Source of the DNA: Chiloscyllium plagiosum
Lineage: Eukaryota
NCBI RefSeq assembly: GCF_004010195.1
Contig: NC_057755.1
Coordinates: forward strand, 11,514,840 to 11,534,839
DNA length: 20,000 bases
Direction of reading: 5' to 3'
Position numbers and translations under genes: made by a program
In this document: positions 10,660 to 20,000 of the stretch, in pieces
Layout of the letters: each line of letters begins with the position of its first letter
How positions within the stretch are numbered: position 1 is the stretch's first letter
The notes under the pieces: model-generated
Databases searched by the model: none
Seen by the model: only the letters and a program-made list of their open reading frames with translations
What the model was told of the DNA's origin: nothing

Positions 10660-12819
10660 TCTCTTTAACTCCCAGGTACTTGTAATCCTCAAGCTCACAC
10701 CCCACTCTGCTCCCTCACAGGGTCACGCCTCTCTAATTCCCAGGCAAGTGTAATCCTCGAGCTCTATTCCACTCTGTTCACTCACCGGGTCACCGACTCT
10801 CTGACTCCCAGATACGTATAATCCTCAGGCTCCCACTCCACTGCTCCCTCGCAAGGTCAATCTAACTGTGAACCCAGGTACGTTTAATCCTCCAACTCTC
10901 ACTTCTCTCCCTCAGAGACTCACCATCGCTGTGACTTGCAGGGATGTGCAATCCTCCAGCTCCCACTCTACTCTGTTCCCTCACAGGATCAACATCTCCG
11001 TGAATCCCAGGTTCGAGTAATCCCTCAGCTCCCACTTCAATCTGCTCCTTCACATGACCAAAATCTTTGTGATTCCAGGAACGTGTAATCCTGCAGCTCC
11101 CATTCCACTTTGCTGCCTCACAGTTTCGCCTTCTCTGTAAATCCCAGGAACATCTAATCGTCAAGCCGGCGCTCCACTGAGCTCCCTCACAGAGTCATGT
11201 CTCTGTGATTCCCAGGTAAATGTAATCCTCAAGCTCCATCCCACTCTGCTCCCTCAAAGGCTCACCGTCTCTCTGTCTTCCAGGTACCTGTAATCCTCGG
11301 GCTCCCACACGAACTCTGCTCACACACCGTGTCTCTGTAACTGTGAATTTCAGGTACATATAATTCTCCAGGTACCACTCCGCTCTGCTCTTTCACAGTG
11401 TCGAAATCTCTGTGATTCTCAGGTACGTGTAATTCTCCATCTCACACTCTATTCTGCTCCCTCACAGTTTCGCCATCTCTGTGACTTCCAGGTATGTGTA
11501 ATCCTCCAGCTCCCACTCCAGTATGCTCCCTCACAGTGTCACCGTATCTCTCATTCCCAGGCACCTATAATCTTACAGCTCCCACTCCACTCTGCTCCTT
11601 CACAGGGTCGCTGTCTCTCTTAATCCCACGTACGTGCATTCCTGCAGCTCCCAGTTTACTCTGCTGCCTCAAAGAGTCACCGTCTCTGTGACTTCCAGGT
11701 ACGTGTAATCGCCAAGCTCGCACTGCACTCTGCTACCTTACAAGGTCACATCTCTGTGATTCCCAAACATGTGTAATCCTCGAGTTCCAATCCACACTGA
11801 TCCCTCACAGGCTCAGTGTCTCTCTGACTTCCAGGTACCTCTGATCTTCTGGCTCCCACTCGACTCTGCTCCCTCACGGTGTGTCCTTAGCTGTGAATCT
11901 CAAGTACGTGTCATCCTCCCGCTCCCACTCACCTCTGCTCCCTCACAAGGTCTCCGTGACATCTAGGTAAGTATAATCTTCCCACACCCACTCCGCTCCG
12001 CTTCCTCATAGGGTCACATTCTCTGTGATTCCAAGCAGGTGTAATCCTCCAGCTCACACTCCATTCTGCTCCCGCACACTGTCACCATCGCTGTGATTTC
12101 CAGGTACGTGCGAATTCCAGCTCCCACTCCACTCTGAACCTCACAGTCGCATCTTCTCTGTAACTCTCAGGGACGTGTAATCCTCCCGTTCACACTCCAC
12201 TCTGCTCCCTCACAGAGTCATCGTCTCTGTGAATCCCTGCTATGTGTGATCCTCAAGATTGCACTCCTTTATGCTCCCATCACAGGATCATGTCTATGTA
12301 ATTCCCAGATCAGTGTAATCCTCTACTTCACACTCCACTTACTCACTCATAGGGTCACCGTCTCTCTAACGCCCTTGTATGTGTAATCCACCAGCGCCCA
12401 TCCCACTCTGCTCGCTGACAGGTTCAGCATCTCTGTGACTCCAGATATTTGGAATCCTTCTGATGCCACTCTTTTCTTCTCCCTCAATTATTCGTTATTT
12501 GTAGTTACTTGTAATCCTGCAGCTGTCACTCTGCTCCCTCATAGGGTCACCGTCTTTGTGATTTCCATGTACATGTAATCCTCCAGCTCCCACTCCAATT
12601 TACTCCCTCACAGTGTCACCATCTCTGTGATTCCCCGAGACGTGTAATGCTCCAGCTCCCACTCCACTCTGCTCCCTCACAGAGTAACCGTCTCTCTGAC
12701 TTTCAGGTACGTCTAACCCTCCAGCGCCCACTCCACTCTGCTCTGTCACATTGTTGCAATCTCTCTCAATGCCAGGCCCGTGTAATCCCCCAGTTCCCAC
12801 TCCACTCTGCTCTCTCATA

Positions 12820-13005
12820 GTGTACAAAATTTTTTAAAAAATCACACAACACCAGGTTATAGTCCAACAGGTTTAATCAGAAGCACTAGCTATTAGAGCG
12901 CCGCTCCTTCATCATGTGGTTGTACAATTAAAGCTGTTGGACTATAACCTGGTGTTGTATGATTTTTAACTTTGTACACCCCAGTCCAACGCCAGCATCT
13001 CCAAA
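12820..13005. mobile_element. Probable Penelope-like terminal fragment (family 2) with an inverted-repeat structure
   Basis: AT-richer non-satellite insert. Arms 12820-12877 and 12927-12979 are reverse complements, with a perfect 25-bp core at 12846-12870 and 12934-12958. An unpaired extension runs 12980-13005. No clean target-site duplication. Confidence 0.8.
12884..12918 (-). ncRNA. Degenerate, probably inactive hammerhead-like motif
   Basis: The minus strand reads CAC-ATGATGA-A-GGAGC-GGC-GCTCT-AATA-GCTA-GTG. The CAC/GTG closing pairs and helix II are retained, but the core CUGAUGA and GAAA boxes are mutated. Confidence 0.45.
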
Positions 13006-16000
13006 CCCGCACAGGGTCACTGTCTCTGTGACTCCCACGTACATGCACTTCTGCAGCTTCCACTTCACTCTGTTGTCTCACTGAGTCATTGTCTTTGTGA
13101 CTACCAGGTACGTGTAATTCTCCAGGTCCCACTCCAATTTGCTCCCTCACAGTCTTTGTGACTCACAGGACTGCTGAAGCCTCAAGCTCCCACCCCATTC
13201 TGCTCCATCACAGGGTCAACATCTCTGTGAAGTCAGAACAGTCAGATTGAGAATTGTAATCGTCCAGCTCCCAACCCACACTGAACTCTCACAGGCTCAA
13301 TATCTATGTGACTCCCAGATACGTGCAATCCTCAAACTCCCATAACACTACACCCTCACAGGGTCATCGTCTCTGTGGCTCCCAGGATAGTGTAAGCCTC
13401 CACCTCCCATTCCATTCTGCACCCTCACATGGTCGCCATCTCTGGGAATTCCAGGTCCGTTTAATCCTCCATCTCCCAGTCCAGTCTGAACGTCACAGTG
13501 GCTCCTTCTCTGTAACTCCCAGGTGCGTGTTATCCTCCACCTCCCAGTCCAACCTGCTCCCCCGCAGCGTAACCACCTCTGCAACTCCCAGGTACCTGTA
13601 ATCCTGGAGGTCCTCTCCACTCTGACAGTCACCGTCTCTGTGACTCCCAGGAACATGTAATCACCAACCTCAGAGTCTAATCCGCTCCGTTACAAGTACA
13701 CCGTCTGTGTGAATCCCAGGAACGTGTCATCCTCCCGCTCTCACTCCCCTCTGCTGTCTCACAGAGTCACCATCTCTGTGACTTCCAGGTATGTGTAATC
13801 TTCCAGCTCGCACGCTATTCTACTCCCTCACGTAGTCACGGTCACTGTAAATCCCAGCAAAGTGTATTCCTCATGTTCCAGCTCCACTGTCCTCCTCTCA
13901 TGATCACCGTCTCTGTGACTCCCAAGTAAGTATAATTCTCCAGCTCATACTCCATTCTACTCCCTCACAGTGTCACCATCTCTGTGACTTCCAGGTACGT
14001 GTAATTCTCCAGCTCCCATTCCACTCTGAACTTCACAGTGGTACCTTATCTGTAACTCCTAGGTACATGTAATTATCCAGCTCCCACTCCACTCTGCTCT
14101 CTGACAGTGTCACCATCTACGTGATTTCCATGTACATGTGATCCTCCAGCTCCCACTCTGCTTTGCTCTCTCGCAGGGTTACAGTCTCTGTGACTTCCAG
14201 GGGTACGTATAATCCCATAGCTCCCACTGCATTCCTTTTCTTAACGTGGTCACGGTCTCTGTGACTCCCAGGGGCGTGTAATCCGCATGTTTCCATTCCA
14301 TTCTGTTTCGCACATGGTCACCGTCACTGTGATTCCCAGGTATGTGTAATCCTCCAGTCCACACTCTTTTCTGCTCCGTCACAGTTTCACCGTCTCCTCG
14401 ATTCTCAGGTGTGTGTAATCCTCCAGCTCCCACTCCACTCTACTCCCTTACAGGGTCATCGTCTTTGTGACTCCCAGGTGCACTTAATTCTACACCTGCC
14501 AGTCCGCTCTTCTCACTCACAGGGTCACGGTCTCTGTGAATCCTAGATACGTCTAATCCTCCAGCTACCATTCCACTCTTGTCACGCACAATTTCACTGA
14601 CTTCCTGATGCCCAAGTACGTGTAATCCTTTCGGTCAAACTCCGCTCTGCTCCCTCACACAGTGTCACTGTCTCTGTGATTTTCAGTTGGGTGTGATCTC
14701 CCGCTCCCAGTCCACTGTGCTCCCTCACAGCGTCACCATCTCGGTGACTTCCAGGTACGTGTAATCCTCCAGCTCCCACTCCATTCTGCTCCCTCATGTG
14801 GTCATGGTCTCTGTTACTGCCAGAATCATAATCATCGATTTGCCACTCCATTCTTCTCCTCACATCTCACCGTCCCCGTGATTCCTAATTACTTGTAATC
14901 CTCCACCTGACACTCTAATCTGCTCCCTCACAGTGTCACCGTGTCTGCAATTCCCAGATACAAGCAATCATCCAGCTCTCACTCCAATCTGCTCACTCAC
15001 AAGGTAACCGTCTCGTGACTTCCAAGTACAGGTAATCTTCCAGCTCCCACTCCATTCTACTCCTCACAGTGTCAACGTCTCTGTAAATCTCAGATGCATG
15101 TAATCCTCAACCTTGTACTTCGCTCTGCTTCTTCACATGGTCACGTCTACTTCTTTCCCATGTAAGTGTGATCTTCGTGGTCCTATCCACGCTGCTTCCT
15201 CACATGGTCACCGTTCCTCTATCTCCCCAGTATTTGTAATCCTCGAGCTCCCTCTCCACTCTGCTTCCTCAAATGTTCACCATAACTGTGACACCCCAGT
15301 ACGTGTAATCCTCCAGCTCCCAATATCATTCTGCTTGCTCACGTGGTCACAGTCTCTGTAACTCTCAGGCACATGTAATCCTCGATTCCCCACTCTTTTC
15401 TGCACCCTCACCATGTCACCGTCTCTGTGAATCCCTAGTCGTGCAATCCTCTAGCTCCCACTCCACTCTGACCTTCACAGTGCCAGCTTCTCTGTAACTC
15501 CCAAGTACGTGTAATCCTCCACCTCTCAGGCCAATCTGCTTCCTCGCAACGTCACCATCTCTGTGACTCCCAGGTACATGTAAGAGCTCCGCTCCACTCT
15601 ATTTCCTCCCACAGTCACCGCTCTGTGATTTCCAACACGCGTAATCCTCCACTTTGCACTACACTGTGATACCGCACTTGCTTACCATCTCTGTTACTAC
15701 CAGGTGTGTGTAAACCTCCAGGTCCCACTCCACTGTGCTCCATCACAGGGTCACCGGCTCTGTGACTCCCAGGTACGTGTAATCCTCCAACTCCCGCTCC
15801 ATTCTGCTCCCTCAAGCTGGACCCTCTCTTTGACTCACAGGAATGTGTAATCATCGAGTTCCCACTCCATTCTGTTCCCTGACTGTGTCACCATCTCTGA
15901 TTCCCAGGGGCACATAGTCCTCTAACTCCCATTTCAATCTACTCCCTCGCACGTTAACCGTCTCAATGGCTTCCAGGTAATTGTAATCCTCCAGCTCCCA

Positions 16001-18720
16001 CTTCACTCTACTCCCTCACATGTTTACCATCTCTGTGACTCACAGTTACGTGTAATCCTCCAGCTCACACTCCACTCCACTCTACTCCCTCACATAGTGT
16101 CACCATCTCTGTGACTCTCAGGAACGTTTAATGCTCTATCTCCCAATCCATTCTGCTCCCTCACAAGGTCAACATCTCTGTGAATTCCAGGTACGCATTT
16201 TCGTCTAGCTTCCAATGCACTCAGAACTCTCATCGGCTCAACGTTTCCATGACTCACAGGGACGTGTAATCCTTGAGCTCCCTCTCCACTCTACTCCCTT
16301 ATAGGATCACCATCACTGTGAATCCCACGATCATATAATCCTCCAGCTCCCACACCACTCTGATTATCACAATGCCATCTTCTCGGCAACTTCCGGGTAC
16401 ATGTCATCTTCATCTTCCGTTCCAATCTGCTCATCGCAGGGTCATCGCCTCTGTGACTCCTAGGTACATGTAATCCTCCACCTCCTAATCCAATCTGCTC
16501 CCTCACAGGGTCACCTTCTCTGTGGTTCCCACATACGTCTAATCCTCCAGCTCCCACTCCACTGTGATCCTGGGCAGTGTCACCGTGTCTGTGACTCCCG
16601 GGTATGTGTAATCTCCCTGCTCCAACTCTGGCCTGCTCCCTCCAAACGGTCACCATCTCTGTGATTTCCAGTAATGTGTTATCCTCCAGCTCTCACGCCA
16701 GTCTGCTCCCTCACAGGGTTACCATCTCTGTGAATTCCAGGTGTGCGCAATCCTCTAGCTCCCACTCCATTCTGTTCTCTCACGTGGTCACGGGCAATGT
16801 GACACCCAGAAAGGTGTAATCCCGAGTTCACACTCCATTCTTCTCCTCACATGTTCACCAACTCTTTGATTCCCAGGTACGTGTAAATCTCCAGCTCACA
16901 CTCCAATCTGCTCCTTCACAAGCTAACCGTCTCCATGACTTCCAGATATATGTAATCCTCCAGCTCCCACTCCTTTCTGCTCCGTCACAGGGTCACCATG
17001 TCTATGGCTTCTTGGTAGTGCAATCTTGCAGCTCCCACTTCACTCTGCTCCCTCCAAGAGTCACCATCTCTGTGATATCCTGGTCTGTGTATTCCTCAAT
17101 CTTCCACTCCATTCTGCCTGCTCACGTGGTCACGGTCTCTGTGACTCACAGGAACGTGAAATCCTCGAATTCCCACTCCATTCTGCACCCTCACAGAGTC
17201 AACGTCACTGTGAATCTCTGGTCCGTGTAATCCTCCAGCTCCCATTCTACTCTGACCTTCGATGTGGCATCTTCTCTGTAACTCCCAGGTACGTTTAATC
17301 ATCCCCCTCTCAGTCCAATCTGATTTCTCACAGCGTCACTGTTTCTGTGACTCCCTGCTACATGTAATCCTCGAGCACCACTTCAATCTATTCCCTCCCA
17401 GGTTACTGTGTCTGTGATTTCTGATACTTGTAAACCTCCAGCTCTCACTCCACTTTACTCCCTCACAGTGTCATCGTCTGTGAGACTCCAAGGTACGTGT
17501 AATCTTCCAGCTCCCACTCGACTCTGCTCCTTCACAGGCCACAGTCTCTGTGACTCCCAGATCCGTGTACTCCTTGAGTTCCACTCCACGCTACACCCGC
17601 CCACAACTATCGTCTCTGTGACACCAAGGTCGATGAAATACTCAAACTCCCAGTCCAGTCTGCTTCCTCACAGGGTCACTGCCTCTCTGATTCTCAGGTA
17701 CGTATAATCCTCAGGATTCCTCTACACTCTGCTCACTTACAGAGTCACCGAATTGTTTATCCCAAGTATGTGTAATCATCCAGTTCCCACTCCATTCTGT
17801 TCCCTCACAAGGTCACGTTTTCTTGTGATTCCCTGGAACGTGTAATCCTCGAATGAATTCGCACTTCATTCTGCACCCTTACATGGACACCGTCTCCGTG
17901 AATACCAGGTCTAAGTAATCCTCCAGCTCCCACTTCACTCTGACCTTCACAGTGGTATCTTCTCTGTAACTCCCAGGTACTGGTAATCCTACATTTCCCA
18001 GTACGATCTGCTTCCTCGCAACAGCACGTCTTTGTGACTCCCATGTAATCCTCGAGCTCAACTCCAGTCTTTTCCCTCCCAGGGTCACCGTCTCTATGGC
18101 TTCCCGGAGTGTATAAATCTCCAGCTTCCACGCCACTATGCACCATCACACTATCATCGTATCTCTAAGTCCCAGGTACGTGTAAACTTCCACCTTCCAT
18201 TCCAATCTGCTCTCTCACAGTGTCACCGTCTCCGTACTCCCAGGTATGTGTAATCCTCCAGATCCCACACCGCTCTACTCTCTCACAGTGTTACTGTCTT
18301 TGTGAATCCCAGGTATGAGAACTTCTCCAACTCCCACTCCGCTCTATGCTCCCTCACAAATACATCATCACTTTGACTCCAAGGCACATTTCAGACTCGG
18401 ACTCCCACTCCACTCTGCTCCCTTGCAGGATCATCTTATCTCTGACTCTCCGGTATGTGTAATTCTCCAGCTCCCACTCCACTCTTCTCCCTCCCAGTAT
18501 CATCGTTTCTCTAACTCCCAGGTACGTGTAATCCTCCATTTCCCAATCAAATCTGCTCCCTTACAGGATCTCTGTGACTCCCAGGTATGTGTAATTCTCC
18601 AGCTCCTATTCCAGTCTGCTCCCTCGCAGTATCACCATCTCTGTGATTCCGAGGTTTGAGTAATTCACCAGCTCCCATGCAATCTGCTCTCTCACAGTGC
18701 CAGTGCCTCTGTGACTCCTA

Positions 18721-19050
18721 TTTAGGACGGGGCCTCGATCCTCATTGCTGATTCTATCCTACATTGCTCCTCTGTAACTTCCAGGTATGAGTTTGCCTCA
18801 ATCTCCTGCTCCAAGTTGCTCGTTCATATGTTCACTTTCTCTGTGAGTCGTTTCTGATTTAGAGACCCCCGCTCTGGTGCATGTCCAACTTCACCTTCCA
18901 GTATTTCGACCCTTGTTGATGATTCATATACTCTGTCGCACTGTGCTGTCCAGTCTCAGGTTCTCTTCCTTTGTGATTCTCAGCTAATGGTAGGTGTCAA
19001 GCTTCAGCTGAGATTTATTTCATCCCATTCTGCACTGCTCCCTCACAGAA
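18721..19050. repeat. Highly degenerate terminal monomers of the satellite (array edge)
   Basis: Monomer remnants such as CTCTGTAACTTCCAGGTATG (~18770), CTTTGTGATTCTCAG (~18970) and CTGCTCCCTCACAG (~19035) sit in scrambled pyrimidine-rich sequence. Composition switches to purine-rich after ~19060. Confidence 0.7.
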
Positions 19051-19712
19051 CCATCGTTGTGCCTGGAAGACAGTGGAAAAGAGGAGGATGAGGGGAAACA
19101 GAGGGAGTTACAGTGATTTAGCGTGCTGTAGGGGATAGAAAGACCTGCAGTTCCTAAAACAGATTACTTCATGATTCAGGAAAAGTTGCAGGCACTGAAG
19201 CAGAGGAAGGAAATAGACAGATGGTGGCTTGTTGGTGACGGAGCTTTGTTGAGTCGAAAGGGTTTTTTTGTGAGTTGATTTCAAAGAAATGAAGATTTCA
19301 ATAAATACAAAATGACAGTGAAGAATCTTGCAGGTCCTGGAGACTGTTGGGTGTTACAGTGTTAGAAGACTTGCAATAACTGAGGGGTACGGAGATTTTT
19401 CGAGCACAGCTTGTGTGCAAGAGCACTCACGACATGAGCAGTTACTGAGAATGGGAACACTCCAAAATAGTGGGATTGTAGGTGATTGGCGAGGAGAGAT
19501 GGATGTGGAGGGTGAAGATGCCAGTTTAGGAAATCTAGCCATTGTAAATCACAGAGATTTAAGGAGGGGAACCTGTGCTGGAATTGTGATATGGATTGTG
19601 TCAGACGTTGAGGAATTACAAATTTAAAATGGAAAATGTTAGAGGTGATCAGAAGTTTAAACAAGAAAAAAAGAGATCAATAGTTCGTAAGGGAATGGAG
19701 GAGACGAGATAT

Positions 19713-19738
19713 TAGAACATAGAACATAGAACATAGAA
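19713..19738 (+). repeat. (TAGAACA)n microsatellite, the LINE 3' tail
   Basis: TAGAACA x3 plus TAGAA, directly abutting the CR1 3' UTR. Confidence 0.9.
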
Positions 19739-19799
19739 GAATACAGCGCAGTACAGGCCCCTTGGCCCTCGATGTTGCGCCGATCCAAGCCCACCTAAC

Positions 19800-20000
19800 C
19801 TATACTAACCCACTATCCTCCATATACCTATCCAATGCCCGCTTAAATGCCCATAAAGAGGGAGAGTCCACCACTGCTACTGGCAGGGCATTCCATGAAC
19901 TTACGACTCGCTGAGTGAAGAACCTACCCCTAACTTCAGTCCTATATCTACACCCCCTTAATTTAAAGCTATGCCCCCTCGTAATAGCTGACTCCATACG
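19800..20000 (-). CDS. C-terminal fragment of CR1 LINE ORF2 (endonuclease/reverse transcriptase protein); the true start lies outside the window or is truncated
   Basis: ORF 19800-19997 carries the TRGH and FFxQRVVxxWNxLP motifs. The TAG stop is at 19800-19802. Confidence 0.85.
   Translation of the reverse strand, partial: RMESAITRGHSFKLRGCRYRTEVRGRFFTQRVVSSWNALPVAVVDSPSLWAFKRALDRYMEDSGLV

Larger units (their letters stand above)
1..18720. repeat. Diverged ~69-bp tandem satellite array, head-to-tail, running off the left edge of the window
   Basis: The motif CAGGTACGTGTAATCCTCCAGCTCCCACTCCA recurs throughout at ~69-bp spacing (e.g. CCAGGTACG at 412, variant CAAGATACG at 481). The ORF track shows a 23-aa periodicity in several frames (VILQLPLHSAPSQGHRLCDSQVR on +, GLHVPGSHRDGDPVREQSGVGAG on -). 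Confidence 0.97.
19713..20000 (-). mobile_element. 3' end of a CR1-clade LINE (ORF2 C-terminus, short 3' UTR, microsatellite tail), continuing past the right edge
   Basis: The translation TRGHSFKL...RFFTQRVVSSWNALP..VV...SL..FKRALD matches the characteristic ORF2 C-terminus of CR1-clade elements. A short 3' UTR follows and ends in (TTCTATG)n on the minus strand. Confidence 0.92.

Noticed and set aside
12816..12843. RSS-like CATAGTG-12 nt-TAAAAAATC
   Set aside because: The essential CAC is broken, the nonamer is poor, and the string is a chance product of the satellite/insert junction. Other CACAGTG copies lack any nonamer.
12893..13150. ORF with a non-repetitive C-terminal half
   Set aside because: It is read-through from the satellite into the inverted-repeat insert, not a gene.
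143..18659. Dozens of 60-145 aa ORFs with 23-aa periodicity, suggesting a repeat protein or its pseudogene
   Set aside because: They occur in all frames on both strands, are broken by frequent stops and frameshifts, and show no domain I recognise. They follow from a 69-bp period whose consensus has an open frame on each strand. A codon-position substitution test would settle it.
1..18720. CRISPR-like array (conserved repeat plus variable spacer)
   Set aside because: The whole monomer is homologous between units, so there are no unique spacers. The repeats are not identical, there are no cas genes, and the context is vertebrate-like.
19328..19664. Three overlapping ORFs of 62-100 aa in the unique flank
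   Set aside because: No recognisable domain. They overlap on opposite strands, and their lengths are within chance expectation.

Overview
Eukaryotic, non-coding window. Positions 1 to ~18,720 (decaying to ~19,050) are one head-to-tail array of a diverged ~69-bp satellite monomer, by-eye consensus CCAGGTACGTGTAATCCTCCAGCTCCCACTCCACTCTGCTCCCTCACAG(G/T)GTCACCGTCTCTGTGACTC, about 260-270 copies estimated from length/period. The + strand is C/T-rich. The first ~7.5 kb is arranged as three tandem higher-order copies of ~2.3-2.6 kb, and more diverged relatives of that block lie near 14.8-18 kb. Three short inserts (1644-1734, 10499-10659, 12820-13005) interrupt the array. They look like terminal pieces of Penelope-like retroelements: each has a hammerhead-ribozyme-like core, two have an inverted (fold-back) structure and two have target-site duplications. 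The window ends with a purine-rich ~650-bp segment and the 3' end of a CR1-clade LINE on the minus strand. From recall, these element ends resemble cartilaginous-fish (shark) repeats; this is inference, as no search was run. Nearly all listed ORFs are by-products of the 69-bp (23-codon) period. I found no host gene and no clearly new biological system. The best leads are the hammerhead-bounded inserts, the array's internal history, and the motif-dense monomer.
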